Assembly (NCBI GenBank): GCA_038496445.1
Contig: JALMLS010000573.1
Span: forward strand, 124,001 to 188,000
Direction of reading: 5' to 3'
Length of the DNA stretch: 64,000 bases
Source of the DNA: Trichosphaerium sp. ATCC 40318
Taxonomy: Eukaryota; Protista; Tubulinea
The translations under genes and the position numbers were made by a program. Within the stretch, counting starts at the first letter, position 1. Every line of letters starts with the position of its first letter. The notes under the pieces are model-generated. The model was not told the origin of the DNA, did no database searches, and was given only the letters and a program-made list of their open reading frames with translations. Below are positions 40,701-55,689 of this stretch, piece by piece.

Positions 40701-43526
40701 CTAATATCATTGGATCTTTCTCTACTATTGATTACATATCTCCTAAACTAAAAAACCTAAATGCCGTTTTCAGAATCAAAAGAGAAACAAAACGGATGTT
40801 GCCTTCTACAATAATAGTAGAGATTGACGTTCCTTCAAATAAAACATTGGACGATAAACCTGTTGATGACGATGACAGTAAGTGAAGAGAAAGATTGTAC
40901 CTTGTGCAATCTCAGATTTTTCTTATTCCGTTTTTTTTCTGGAAGTTTTTCGAGAATCTTCGCTTCGTTGTTGCTAACAGTTTTTAGTTACTTTGTATAT
41001 AACTATTGGTGGTGCTGTAGCTGCATGTTTATTACTTTGCTTGATCATAACTCTTCTCCTCATTCTATGGTATTGCTGTAGATCAAAAAGAAAGGCAAAA
41101 GAGGAAATACAAAAAAGTCAAGTTTATTCAGATGCAAAGACGGAAATGAAAAAAATTGATAATATAACTTCTGCTGACGTTCAACCTCTTTCTCCAAGTG
41201 ATGAAGATATGGACGAAACAAAATCAATACCAAGAGACATAGAAACTATAACTCATCCTCCGTTAAGTGCCATTGCTGGCGAGAGAGGACCAGCAAGAGG
41301 GCGCAGAGTAGATTTTGTACGAGCTCCTTCTCAGAGACGTAGAACTACTCTTGAAGATGGGTCTATTATTGCAGATAGTTCTAGATCTGATAATGTATGG
41401 TTTATTGACTGGAAAAAGTTGGAGTTTGGACGAGCAATTGATTCTGGAGCGTACGACAAAATGAATCGATAAATCACTTTGTTTTTTTGTCTGTGAAAGG
41501 AGACACCTGAAGTATTTTTGCTGAATTCGCTTTTACAAATACTCAGCTCGTTCAATTTCAACAAAACGATAGTTATGTCACCATATTATTTGATTTCTAA
41601 AGTCTAGCGTTACCAATCTAAATTAACGATTCGCAAACTATCAACAAAGATTTACTTTTTTTTTAGGTTTGGTGAGGTCTTCAAGGGTAAATATCATCAT
41701 ACTTATTGCGCAATAAAACTAGCAGTACGTCTACAAGCAAGTAAAAACATTAACTAACTGTTTCTGAAAAGAAAACTAGTATACGTAAGAAGTCAACGCA
41801 GAACTTTTTAAAAGAAGCAGAAACAATGATGTACAAGCAACAAGAATTTTTTGTTTTTCTTCTTTTTTTCTTATCTTTCTCTTTTTTTTGACCTGTTAAA
41901 TGTTTTAGGAATATTCCACCTCACGCTCACGTTGTTCAAATATATGGGTATTCATTCAGTCCAGAGGGAAATCCGGCAATCATCATGGAATATCTAAGAG
42001 GAGGTATGTTTGTTTTTTTGAAAAACGGCCTTTTGTTTACAACGACTCTTAAGGTTCACTATGGACAGCAATACAAGAAACAGATTATTTCGATAGTGTA
42101 ACAGAGATAGCTATAGTTCTACAAGGAATATCTGCCGGCATGGTACGTTCAACGAATAACTATCCTTGTTTTGATCATTCATTACATTAACTTTTTATTT
42201 CTCTGTAGTGGCACCTTCACAACATTAATCCTCCAGTACTTCACAGGTACAAGTTATATATTATCATTGGTTTTAATTTAATAATGTATTTAGGGATCTA
42301 GCTGCTCGAAACATTTTGGTATGCTTCCATTTACCAAAGGTTTTTTTTCTACAAGTTACTTGCTTCCGGAAGTGTTTTTCTCGTCAACCACAAGGATACA
42401 ACGTATTTCCTCATTCCCTTTTTGAGAGCTGTAGTGTTTCAGTCTCATTTCAGTGATTGGGAGATTGATTTGTCCCTGTGGGAGAAGCGTGCTTTCAGAC
42501 TACTTCAAGACTTTTATGCTTACTTTTTTTGTAGCTCACAGATAAACTAGAACCAAAGATAGCAGGTATTTACACAATTATAATCTAAAATCATTCGTAA
42601 TATTTTTATTTAGATTTTGGTATGAGTAGGTTCTTGAAAGAGGAGCAAAGAAGAAAAACAGGCGTAAAAGGTAAGGAACTTATTTTTTTTTTTTCATATT
42701 TTTTCGTAAGTTAATTTCTCTTTAGTACCTATTGCATGGATGGCACCAGGTAAACTAAAACATCTAATTATTCAACTACATTACTTAATTGTCGATTAAA
42801 ACTTAACGTTCATTGTAGAGAATTTTACACAAGAGTACACTAAAGCAAGCGATGTTTGGAGGTATGAAAATATATTGTATTTCTTGGACAAAATTGTTCT
42901 TATTTTTTTCCATGTTTTGTATGTCGTTCTGTACAAAAAAAAACCCTTATTGCTTGCCTTTGACATTTCGGTTAAAAGAATAAACCGATTCAATATATTC
43001 TACATACAATCACGTGCATTTATCTTCCATTGTTTAACCTACGTACTTATTTTTGATATTAACTTTTTTTCAAAACAGCTATGGTGTTCTTGCATGGGAA
43101 GTAGTAACTGGCGAGAGTCCAACTCGTGCACATAATATGGACTTAGTTGAATTGGCTAGACAAATATCACGCGGACTAACTCTCCCAATCCCAGACTAGT
43201 ACGCCTACTGTTTTTTGTAACAAAAAAAGCATTTCCGTTTTCAAACTATTGCCACTCATTTTCCTTATCACCTTGCATTATAATTACTACAAAATACCAT
43301 GTAAATTTGTTTGTGATAAAGTGTTGAGTGATATATTGTTTTGCAAGGTTTTCTTCAAGTAGTAGCTTGCTTCAAATACCGGTTTAACCTTTTAAATAGT
43401 GTGGATGCTAGTTTTGAACAAATAATGAAAGAATGTTGGATCTTAGACCCTACTGAAAGACCTGACTTTGATATGATAACAAAACGGCTCAATACGCTAT
43501 ACTCCACATCACAGTCTTTTTTGTAA
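37790..43526 (+). CDS. Receptor-like tyrosine kinase (TKL): signal peptide, long beta-rich ectodomain, TM helix, kinase
   Basis: TM YITIGGAVAACLLLCLIITLLLILWYCC; LEFGRAIDSGAFGEVFKG, HRDLAARNIL, DFGMSR, PIAWMAPE, SDVWSYG, CWILDPTERPDF. More than 25 introns; the 3' end is uncertain. Confidence 0.88.
42370..42493 (+). ncRNA. Candidate intronic structured RNA (long hairpin)
   Basis: Nested pairings AAGTGTTTTTCTC/GAGAAGCGTGCTT (G-U rich), CCACAAGGATACAA/TTGTCCCTGTGG and GAGAGCTG/CAGTCTC, inside a long and relatively GC-rich intron. Confidence 0.35.
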
Positions 43527-43835
43527 AACAAACTGTAAGAAAAAAATAGGAATAAAGACAGAAAAATGAAATAGCTGTCACGTTAGAACCGGAAGAAAGT
43601 GCAACTTTGCCTTCTGTACCCTTATGTTAAACGTGAAGAAAAATGATTCTGGCATTTAATTATTGCCCTGAACAGTTCTTGAAAGGGGTCCCAGATGTAG
43701 GAGCATAGATTCATATTTTTTTGTGTCAAGAAACCGGTCTCTGTTGGTACCGCCATTAGACTCAGTGTGTTTTGAGGTTTGTCTCCTAAGCTAAGGGACT
43801 GTTACTAAAGTGGTCAGTGTGGGAAGATTGGTCAC

Positions 43836-44377
43836 GTGACAAAAGGAGAATTCATAGTGCCACAACAATCAAAGGAGTGTCTTTTGTTGTCGTTTCACTC
43901 AAACTTTCTTCATGGTTCAACCGCTTTTACATTTCGTTTAAAACCTCAACTGAGCAACTTCAGCATGAATATAGGCAAGGCTCAATTGTATCAAGGTTCG
44001 TATGATTACGCTAGGCCATTTTACAAAGAAGCACGTACAAAAAGCCTCAAAACCATCTATATTATCAACTGTGCGCGAAGAAGAGGCGACCCGAATGTCG
44101 AGGACATCGGCGTAGGCAATAAAGTATGTTTCGCTTCAAACTCGACCTAACAATAGAAAACAAGGTGTATTGGTTACCAATGAACGAAAATACGGCTGAT
44201 ACGAGCTCAGCAGAGTATTTGGCGCTATATAAGGACGATTTTGCAAAAATGGTCCAAACTGACTGTAAAATAGTCATACACTGCCAAATGGGCATGTATA
44301 GGTCGGTTTCCTTCAAAAACGCTTTCATCAAAATGTTCCACAAAGGCTTACCAAGCACAAAGGAGCTCGTTCAATAA
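43836..44377 (+). CDS. Dual-specificity phosphatase-like protein (exon structure unresolved)
   Basis: LYQGS...IINCA, then VIHCQMGMYRS (HCx5R motif) in another frame. Confidence 0.6.
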
Positions 44378-44678
44378 ACTTAGAACTGTACGTAACCTGT
44401 CGACAACACTTGTTTCAATGAAAGGCTAAAAACGCGTTTGTTGACAACAAGGCTGTTTTTTAATTTTCGACAAAGAGTCAGTGACGTTGCTTAACGACTT
44501 CAAGACTGGTGAGACTAGAGTATCACGCCAAGACACTTGGTTTCGTACTTAGATTTGACTGTCAACTGAGAATGATCAAGCTCGTATGCCATTATCGTAC
44601 AACACAGTGCAGTTAGATAAAAAAAAACGAGAAAAAAGGTTTCTTTTGGATAATTCGTTTAACTACATAGGGCCTACT

Positions 44679-46088
44679 TTAAAACTTAGGCCACAATTGG
44701 TGTGAGTAGCTTGTGTTGCAGCCTAGTTTATAAATCATTCTTTGTGTTATTTGGGTGCCATAAAAGTACATGTAATCTAGGCTTGTTAAATTAACAACTC
44801 CAGCATTTGTGATTTGTGAACAGTCTCCCAGATCAATTTCCTTGACACCAATAAGGCTGTTCACTCCTTTATCTGTTATAAGCATACAGTCACAAAGGCT
44901 AATGACTTTAACGCCAACCAAGTAGCCTAGACCTTTATCTGTCACAGATGTTGAATCAAGAAAAATTGTATGTACTCCAGCAAGTGCCTTTAAAGTACTA
45001 TCATCAACACAATCAATCCAAGAAATATCAATCATTTTTACACCTGCCAATTGTTTTATGGCATCATTTGATACCAAGTTGCACACTCTCAAACGAATAT
45101 GCTGTACACCTACCAAACATGATAGAGTATTGCTATTTAGTTGTGTACGACAAATCCCTACACATGGAATACCAGCCAGGAGTTGCAATACATTATTTGA
45201 TATTTGTATGCAAGCAAGATTAATTTTTTTTATGATGTTTGTCACTTGATTTTGAGTCAACAAGTACTTTAATCCTTCATCTGTAATATTCATACACTCA
45301 GCCAATGATATTGCTCTTGCATTTGTTAGTGCTCTTACACTTTTATCTGTAATAAAGCAATGATCAAGCTGTATCTTGTGTACACTACCTGAAATGGCAA
45401 TAACACCTTTATCACTGATATTATAACACTTACTTAAATTAATAGTATGAACTCCAGAGAGTGCGGCAAGTCCTTTATCTGCTATAGATGTGTACGAAAT
45501 ATCGATTGTATGGATACCATTAAGTTCTTGAAGCCATTCATCTTTTAAATGCGCACGTGGTACAATGAGTGTATGGATACCATGAAGTGATTTAAATCCA
45601 AAACGTGTCAACTTGCATCCAAGTTTTCTTATACGTACGTCTAGATGATGTACACCTGAAATATGTTCTAACATAGCATCTGTTGGTGATACACGATCGC
45701 TTGTTTTCAGATGATGGACACCAGAAATACTTTTAAAGTCATCATCAGTCAATGTAGTAATATCAATAAATACTTTTGTATTTTTTAAAAGAGGACTTCC
45801 GTTTAGTGTTAGTAGCTGTTTTCTTGACTTGACAGTCACCTCAAAATAACCCAAATGATTCAAAATGATCGTAGAGAAGAGTTTACAAACAAATGTTGCG
45901 GATATACGGCTTTTGTTGCCCAAAAACGCCAGGATACAAAATATAATCTCTGTCGGCAGCCAAAGCAGTTCTAATGCCCTCTCAATACTATTAGAATATG
46001 TTAGGCAACATTAGCAATAAAACACGTGTATTGAAACGTGAACGTACTCTTCTAGATCCGTTGGTGTTTGATTCAGAAGCATACTCAT
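44679..46088 (-). CDS. F-box plus LRR protein (one 5' intron)
   Basis: LLWLPTEIIFCILAFLG..VCKLF F-box; LNGSPLLKNT motif shared with the 26075 gene; GVHTIxL LRRs. Confidence 0.88.
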
Positions 46089-46781
46089 TTTGCAATGAAC
46101 TAGTATGAGTGAATGTCTCAAATTGTGGAAGTTAGTGCCAAATGATGAGCTAGTTAAGTAATGACTGGCTTATGTTATCTTCATGCAAGACCTTGTACTA
46201 AGCCAAAACACAATAACAATGTCATCGTAAGCGTTACGTACATTAAGTGATAAGCAACACTGTTCCTTGTCCGCCTCAATCCTGGCAACATAGTCGGATT
46301 TTTTTGTAATAAGATCAATCAGTCACATGTGGTTTTCCTGATAGAACTGAAGGTTCTTATACAATTTTTGTATCTTATTTTGGGTGCCACAAATAAGTTT
46401 TTTGCCACATAATGAATTAGACGTGTAAAACGAACAGTATAATTGGTTTTATTGCTACAGGAACTGCTTTGTCAAAAACGGTTTGTTTATTGATAGGGAA
46501 TGTTGGATTGCTTACACCAAACACTTGCACTACTTTGTTGTAAGAAGCTATTTTAGCCATTAGTACCGCATATTGCGCTCTTTTAGGCTGCCGTTTCTTT
46601 GCTCGTACGTAACCAAACGCGATACGTGAGGGACACTCTCATTGATAAATTCTTCAACTTTTTAGCTGCACGAAAACACATCTCAAATAGACTTCGAAAA
46701 TAATCCAAACTCACATGTTTGTTTCCGAAGGAAAAGAGGCACATTGTGGTCGAGTTTTTATTTTTTATTTGATTCTTAGTA

Positions 46782-49700
46782 TCAAGCAAATGCTATAAGT
46801 TCTGTTGGCTTGTTTGATACTTTTGTTCTCTTAAACTTTTTACTAAGGTACTGCGCTGCTTTGACGTCACCTGAAGAATAACAAGCTTAGAAATACAGCC
46901 ATATATATATATGAATTCTAGTAGATAAAGTACATGTCAACGTACCACAATAAACAAGAACAGGAATTTTCTTCCAAAGTTTGTTACTTCTCAATTTTTT
47001 TAAAAGATTATCAGCAGCGAGTTCTTCACCATCTCCAGAACGATATCTATTTGTTACTACACGAAACTTACTACCACAGAATCCAGAGTACTTCCTGAGC
47101 CATGCGAAAAGTTCATTGGAAGATGTCATTTGTACGACCTTAAATGAGTGAGAAAAAACTGAGAAAAAATAATAATGTGTTAGCAATCACGTTTCGGTAA
47201 AATGGTTCATTTCAACGAATATACTGCCTCTCTCGTAGATAAGCGAGTATATAAAAAGGTCAAGAAATAGTCCGTTTTATACGAGACCAAACATTTCGCT
47301 TTACCTTAACTTTTTTTGGTAACTTCTCAAGCATTGATATTGTCATTGTATTCTCATCTGATGTTTTATCATTAACCCATACTAAAATACTCTTTGCATC
47401 GCGACAATCAAGACCGAATTCTACCAAGTCAGTTGTATCTGTACGTTTATAATAAACAAGATAGCGAGGAAGTATCTAGAGACCAAAACAGTAAGACACA
47501 CTACTCAACAAAAAGCAGCCTACCTGATTTTTAGAGAACACTACAATCTCATCAGCTTCCGGTGTATCTGTAGGATCACAAGGATAATACACAGTATTAT
47601 TTCCCTTGCGTTTTACAACAGCATAATGCGAGTCATATCCAGGCTATAAAAGAGAACAGAAAGTCAATAAAAACAACTTACTCAGATGGTTGTACCTTGC
47701 ATGGCTTTCCCAGTAAAGTATTTTTGATACCAATACCTGGTTGCTCAGTAACTGGGTAAGCTTTACCCATCATCACCCATGAGATAAGCATACATTGCTC
47801 ACCGGTATCTTCTTTAAGACCAGCATACACAGAACCTGTTGAAGAAAAGTTAAATTTTCCACAATATTATTGGACCAGTTCACGTGCCATATTTAGGATA
47901 CTGAGTAAAGTATATACCCTTTCCTTAAATTAAATTATCAGTACTATATATCAAATACTGGGGAGGACGCAAAGTAAATATGTACCGAAGTATCCTGGAT
48001 CTGTCTGTTTTTTCTTCTTTTTTTCTAATTCCTCAGGTTCTAAAAAATTGTTCTTTGCAATTTGAAAGCTCACTTCCTGTCAATTTGTAAGACTTATCAA
48101 TGCTCTTCTTTACTATTATATTCTTACCTCTGATGTTCCGTGAAAACCAGCAATGAGATTTATACCTTCATTACCAGATACGCGCATTACATAGTTTTGC
48201 AAGTGCCACATTATCCTAAAACGTTTGGTTAAACATTTACAGCTTTATCTCTTCTATAATACTCACCACTCTTTGTGTTCCTTGTCACCTACTAACTTGT
48301 TAGACGTTACTTGAGTAGTATGCTCAATACCTTTATTATTTTCTATTTTAGATTTTGTCCGTTTTATAGTCCTCTCAACTAGCCCATCATAAAATATTCG
48401 AAAGTTATTCTCTAACTTTTCATTATCAAAGAATACAATCTTCGATAATGTGAAGAACGACTGCTTGTTAACACCCATGAACTTATAGAACATATTTCTA
48501 GCTCTAATATATTCCTTGCAACGTTCCTAGGGTCGCATACGGTAAGAAAAAGCAGTAAAAAAAATAGGAAAAAAGATTACCGGATGAGTTTCGTTACTAG
48601 CTAATGTTGTGTATCTCAATCCTTCTTTTTTAATCCATTTACCTTGATTAAAGAAAGACACACCAGATATACTACTCCATAGATCTTTTTTTACATTTTT
48701 GATAACAGGATGCCCTCTATCTAAGTGTGCTGCAACAACTTTACTGCCTAGTAATAGGTTAGAAGAACAAAGGAACATGATGAAGAGTTATTACCTGTTT
48801 GTTGACTAACATATGGTATTGGCGGATGTTTAACAAAGTATCCACTTTGAACAGCAACTGGACATTGCGGTTCAATATGTGGCATCAGATTAGATAAGAA
48901 GGGATTAAGGCATTCCTACAAATAAGAAGGTTTATAAAACTACAACTTACTGTTAACTCTGTTTGGTACCTGCCAAAGATGTGGTGCTTTACCACGTATA
49001 ACAACTTTAAGCACTTCTGATTCATAGTACAATACAATAGTATTGTCATAGAAATCCTTCAATATTACAGAGTTGCAGAAGAGTTTATACCGGACATTGT
49101 GATAACCTTGCAAAAGTTAGTATGACTTAAATAAAAGACATCTTGGATTGTTAAGGCACTTTAACACATCACATTGACGTACATCTTAGTTGTACTTGTA
49201 GGTCAGTGAAACTATCGGATGAAAGAAGCTTTGCGGTTATACAAAACGCAAGAAACTTTGGTTCATCTCCTAGTACAACTAAGCCTTCTTCTAGATCCTT
49301 AAATACAAGGTTAAGAAAATAACAAGAAAAAATTTAAAAGTCTTACTGGTTTTCCATTTTTATCAGGATACACTTGTTGTACTTTGTCTGAAGATACTGC
49401 ATTATTATCAATGCCCCTAAGACGTAGCAAATCCCAAACTTCGTTATTGCGCCTCATTACATACGTCACTGTATCATCGCCTCTAGTATCTTCAACGATA
49501 GTCTTTGAATGTGTATCATTCTTTAGAGACGGAAAATAAAGCATATCAGCCTTTGGTCTCAGAGACAGGATGATGTATCCTTTACATCCATAATGCATCT
49601 ATTACAAAAACATTTAACAACGCACGTGTATATTACTATCTACTACCTGTTCAGCCTCGTTAAGTCTGAAACAAAACTTCATAGCAACAAGAAAGCTCAT

Positions 49701-52649
49701 GATTTGAAATACACTTTTAGGACTCAGAACACCACAAAACAGCTTTGAAAGTCTATCTTGAGCTTCCTTTTCTGTAATTACTGCTGATACTTGTCTTGAT
49801 CGGCTATCATTCAATAATCTTTTTATGTGCTCTTGTGGGCCAACAAAAGCGCTCATTACTTTTGATAGTATCATAGTATCAACGCACACAGTAAGTGATT
49901 GCTATGAAAACAATAAGAAGTTAGAGATCTTCATTTTGTTACCTTGTCAAACATAATGTCACCAATAGAATGTAAGTAATCTACTCCAGCTGCAATTTCT
50001 ACAGGCACAATAAGATTATTACAACGAGAGTGCGCAAAGCTCACAACGGTCGATCTACAAGAAAAAGTCACTGAATGAGCAGTTTAGTAAGTTGTTTAAA
50101 CAAAATATGGCAGCCTTCAAGTAGGTCCAACTATGTTCCGTTATTGCCAAAGGTATTCTGTAGCATACAGTTGAATAATTGAGAAAGCATGACGTACAAT
50201 GACACGAAATTGTCTATAGGTTTTGAAGTACTATCATTGCGAAGACGATGTTTCATTTTTGCTAACATTTGGCGTATTTCTAAATAAACGCCTGGAACTT
50301 CAGCAAAATATTTCTTAAGCCGCTTCGCTTCAGATGCTAGAGCCTCCTCTACAACTGATACGTTCTTGCCTACAACTAAATATTAAATATCTTAAACGAA
50401 GGCAGTGATATGGCATATCGTTTATGCTAAACCACGTGTTGACGTTTTTCGGAAAAAAAAAATAGAGGTGACATTTTGCCACGTGTTTAACGTAAATGAC
50501 TGACAAAGAGTCCTTCTTCTCACGCACCAAGGCAAGAACCAAAGCACAAAGACCCATATGGGAAATACTCGTATAGAACTTTCTTTAGGGATTCTTCTGT
50601 TTGTAGTAGATCACCTGAAAGAACGTCCAGTTTTGAACCCACAGCAATGACAGAATATGAGTTCTTGTTTTGCTGGTATAGCACTTTCTGTAATGTCTTA
50701 CACCAGTGCTCTATATGCTCACATTGTTCTTCAATAGGTAAGGAGGTATCAATCTGTAAAATAGACATAAGCTTTGGTATGAAGAAAAAAATAAGAACGT
50801 ACAACAATTAGGTAAATGGAAAGGCGTTTTGAAAAAAAATACTTGTGAACCGCCATGTATTCCATCTGCCCTGCAAAATCAACAACATTGAAAGATATAC
50901 CACCTATCCTATAACATGTATTGAATAAGTTGGTTTCTTTGTAAGTAAGAGCGTGCCTCAAAGTTGTCGTATCAAAACCGATTGTTGATGGAACATTATC
51001 GTTTTTTGTGCCGGATAGCATATTCACCAAAGTAGTTTTACCTTAAAGCCAATTAAGTACATGCATTGGCTATAACGAGTGATACCTGATCCTCCGTGTC
51101 CTAGTACTAATAATTTTGCTGAATTTCCTTTCACAAACCGATGTGGAGGTAACAGGTTGCCAATTCCCATTTTCGAAGGATTTTCTTTGTCTGCAAAGAA
51201 ATGACCAATATGTGCTATCAACCCTTCAATAGAAGAATCTTTTGTACAGTCAACTGGTAGTACTCCAGCTGCTAGCCAACGTCCATAACTAGTAGCTAAA
51301 GTAGGTAGTCAGTATGACCTTCAAATATCTTTGAGTCGTACCTTGCAGAAGAGGAAGAACGGCGTTCTTATCATGTATAATATAAACTTTAGGTTTTGTA
51401 GCTAACTTAGATAAAATAGTTGATACTAGGCCAAACTTCCACTCTCTTCTGTGAACTGTTGTTAATATAACATCATACCCACTAAAATCAATGCTTGTTT
51501 GCATATTTAGCAATTGGCTAAACTTGAAGACCTCTTTGACTCCCAACGATTTGTATAGTTGTTTACAATATTCATAAGTTTCTACAATCGCAACGATTTT
51601 GTTTTGTCTCGTGTTGCTGTATGTGTCCTCGAAATCCTCTATGGGTTCACCTCTAATTAAACCAGTATCTCCTTCTATAATACCGCTTGCATCACCGGCA
51701 ATATTAGAAGGTAGCAATGCGGTGAATTTCGCTGTAGATCTCACTTTTAAGATTTTAAGACCAAGACTTTTCACTATCTCTTGCCCTGACTACCATAGTA
51801 ATTAACCACTATTAACCTTTACTGAATTTTTGGTTTCCAAACAATACTGTTTATGTATAATTGTTTGATTGACTAACACATTGACGTACAGTGATGCAAT
51901 GATATTTGCACAGAAAAACAAAAAAAATTGAATTTCAGCTTAAAAACTGGCAAACAAAATAAAGGATCACGTACAGTCCAATTATCCTCAAAAGAAAAAA
52001 TGTTTGCTGCATATGTATGTGCCAAGTCTTCGCTCTCTGCTCTACTAATGACACTATCATCTTTTCTATTAAGTTCAATAATGTACTAAATTTTCTAAGT
52101 GAGTGTTCGTGTCACGTGTTCAAAAAAAAAACAGCGATGCGCTCTTTTTTAGCGTACAATTAGTGGATAATTAGCTTTTGATACACCTTGTACAATCCCT
52201 ATATACTCTAGTTTCTTCCTAGCGAATGCGAAAGAGTCTTCATCATTCGATTGAAATAAAATGATAAAACCTTCGCTATTTCGGCTAGTACTTACGTTAA
52301 CGACGCGGTAAAGAATTAAAACAGTAAAATAAGACCGTAACTTACATTGCACTAACGTTTGATTGCTTTAGCTGTTCTATTTGTTTCGGTTTAGCTGACA
52401 TAAGGTGTAATTGAGTACAACACAGCTCAATCGTTCTCTCGGTTCCTTTCCTATCTCTGAAAAGCATTTTTTTACCCTTTAAACGTAATTAAAGAAAGTT
52501 TGACAAATTATTTAGCATTGTATGTATTATACGCACAACATCTAGTACAAATACGTTAGAAGTAGTTCTTAATGCGTAAACGCACCCTGTATGAAATTAT
52601 TATCGTCACTTCCGAAAATAAACACACGAAGTGTTCTCTTTCCCGCCAT
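46782..52649 (-). CDS. Roco-like protein: degenerate Ras-like N-terminus, ROC GTPase, COR, PARP-like ADP-ribosyltransferase, C-terminal alpha/beta domain
   Basis: KLLVLGHGGSGKTTL, STIG, DFAGQMEY..VH, VGSKLD; YLHSIGDI (COR); GFHGTS, DPGYFGKGIYFTQ, GYDSHY, ADEIVVF, ILPRY. The 5' exons are less certain. Confidence 0.8.
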
Positions 52650-52779
52650 TTGGGATACCTTTACAAAGGCTACGCTGTAGGAACTCTGATAAGCACTATT
52701 GCAACAGTCAAGTGCAGTCACGCGTTTGTTGAACGTTGTAAAACTAAAAATGATTTTTATTTGAAGAAATAATTGACTT

Positions 52780-54312
<1,533 letters not shown>

Positions 54313-54415
54313 TGCGAGCTTCTCTTGAACAGTAGAATCTGTTTTTTTCCGTTCGTCAGAACACGCACTTAATCGCAGTATCTGTTTAAGTGTTAAACAC
54401 AATTTGATAGGCAAC

Positions 54416-55183
54416 ATGGCCCAATTTCATGTGGCTAGCGTGAGTCTTGTTAGAGACATGAATAAGCCGTTTTCTGCATTTACAACAGAATTGCAAAAAG
54501 AGATGGATTTATGGCCAAATACTGTAGCTCTTGCCGTTTTTCCGGAATATTGCTGGCGATTGTCAACTTATGATGAGGTTTTGTGCTATTTAAAGCAACT
54601 TCAGTCTAAAATGCGTTCAGACCTTGTAATAGTATTTGGTACGCTTGAGTTTGTATTAAATGGTAGATTTACGAACAATGCGATACTTGTTGATAGCAAA
54701 CAAATAAGATACATTCCAAAAACACGTATTCTAGAAGGTGAAGTAAAACAAGGACTAAAACGAGGTGAAAATCCAGGTGTAATCACTTATGAAAAGTTCA
54801 AACTTGGTATTCTGGTATGCGCTGATCTATGGGACCAAAGCCTTGTTCACAAGTTAACAAAGGATCAAGGAGCAGATATACTAGCTGTACCAGCATGGAC
54901 AGCAACTAGACAAGGTAATAGAGAAGTTGCAAGGCTTGATTGGTTCTCTCTTGCAAGGACAAGAAGTTTAGAGTATGGTGTTGTTGTAGTTGTCTCAGAT
55001 CACGTGATAAACAGACCAACAACTGATGTAGCTAACGCTACTGTTATATTTGATCCTGCTCATAGAAAAAAGTTATTTCCTAAAGAAGAGTTTATTGTAC
55101 GTGATATTGAAGAAATAAACTTAGAAAAAACGAAATCCTGTAGGGAGAGATGGATTAAAAAAGGATTGGGTGTACTAAAGTAA
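54416..55183 (+). CDS. Intronless carbon-nitrogen hydrolase (nitrilase superfamily)
   Basis: Glu-Lys-Cys triad: AVFPEY, YIPKTR, GILVCADLW; also GADILAVPAW and RTRSLEY. Confidence 0.88.
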   Translation: MAQFHVASVSLVRDMNKPFSAFTTELQKEMDLWPNTVALAVFPEYCWRLSTYDEVLCYLKQLQSKMRSDLVIVFGTLEFVLNGRFTNNAILVDSKQIRYIPKTRILEGEVKQGLKRGENPGVITYEKFKLGILVCADLWDQSLVHKLTKDQGADILAVPAWTATRQGNREVARLDWFSLARTRSLEYGVVVVVSDHVINRPTTDVANATVIFDPAHRKKLFPKEEFIVRDIEEINLEKTKSCRERWIKKGLGVLK

Positions 55184-55514
55184 GATGCAAACAAGTGAAA
55201 TGGCACTATGTTGCGATGAATTATTAGACAAAGAATAAAGCAGTTGGAATTCAATATCAGCCTTGAAGCATTGTGAGCTGTGGTTAGCGGTTTACAGTTT
55301 GTTCCAAAAATAAAGGAAATAGTAATAATTTTGTGGTTGCTAAGAATTCTTTTTAGCATAACATGCAAGAAAAGGAAAAAGACAGCACGATATTGAACAC
55401 TAGCTGCTAGGTTCTATCGAAACCGGTGTAACATTAGTGAGTGTTGCTGGAAGAAGTGCAGAACTGTATTAACAGACAATTTGTGCAGATACGGCAGTAT
55501 CTATTTAGCGATCC

Positions 55515-55689
55515 TTTTGAGACAGTTTTTATAAATCCGAAAATTATGAGAAAAAAAGAAGGCACAAGCATAAATAAGCAATTGAAGTGTAGAAAAATAC
55601 AGCATCTCAGGCGAGTAAGACCGTCTCAAAGATTCCGTAAGTCCAGTAAATACCAAAAATCCGTTCCTTTTTTGTAAACTGTCTCAAAA
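55515..55689. repeat. 175-bp segment bounded by a perfect 14-bp inverted repeat
   Basis: TTTTGAGACAGTTT ... AAACTGTCTCAAAA. Confidence 0.4.
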
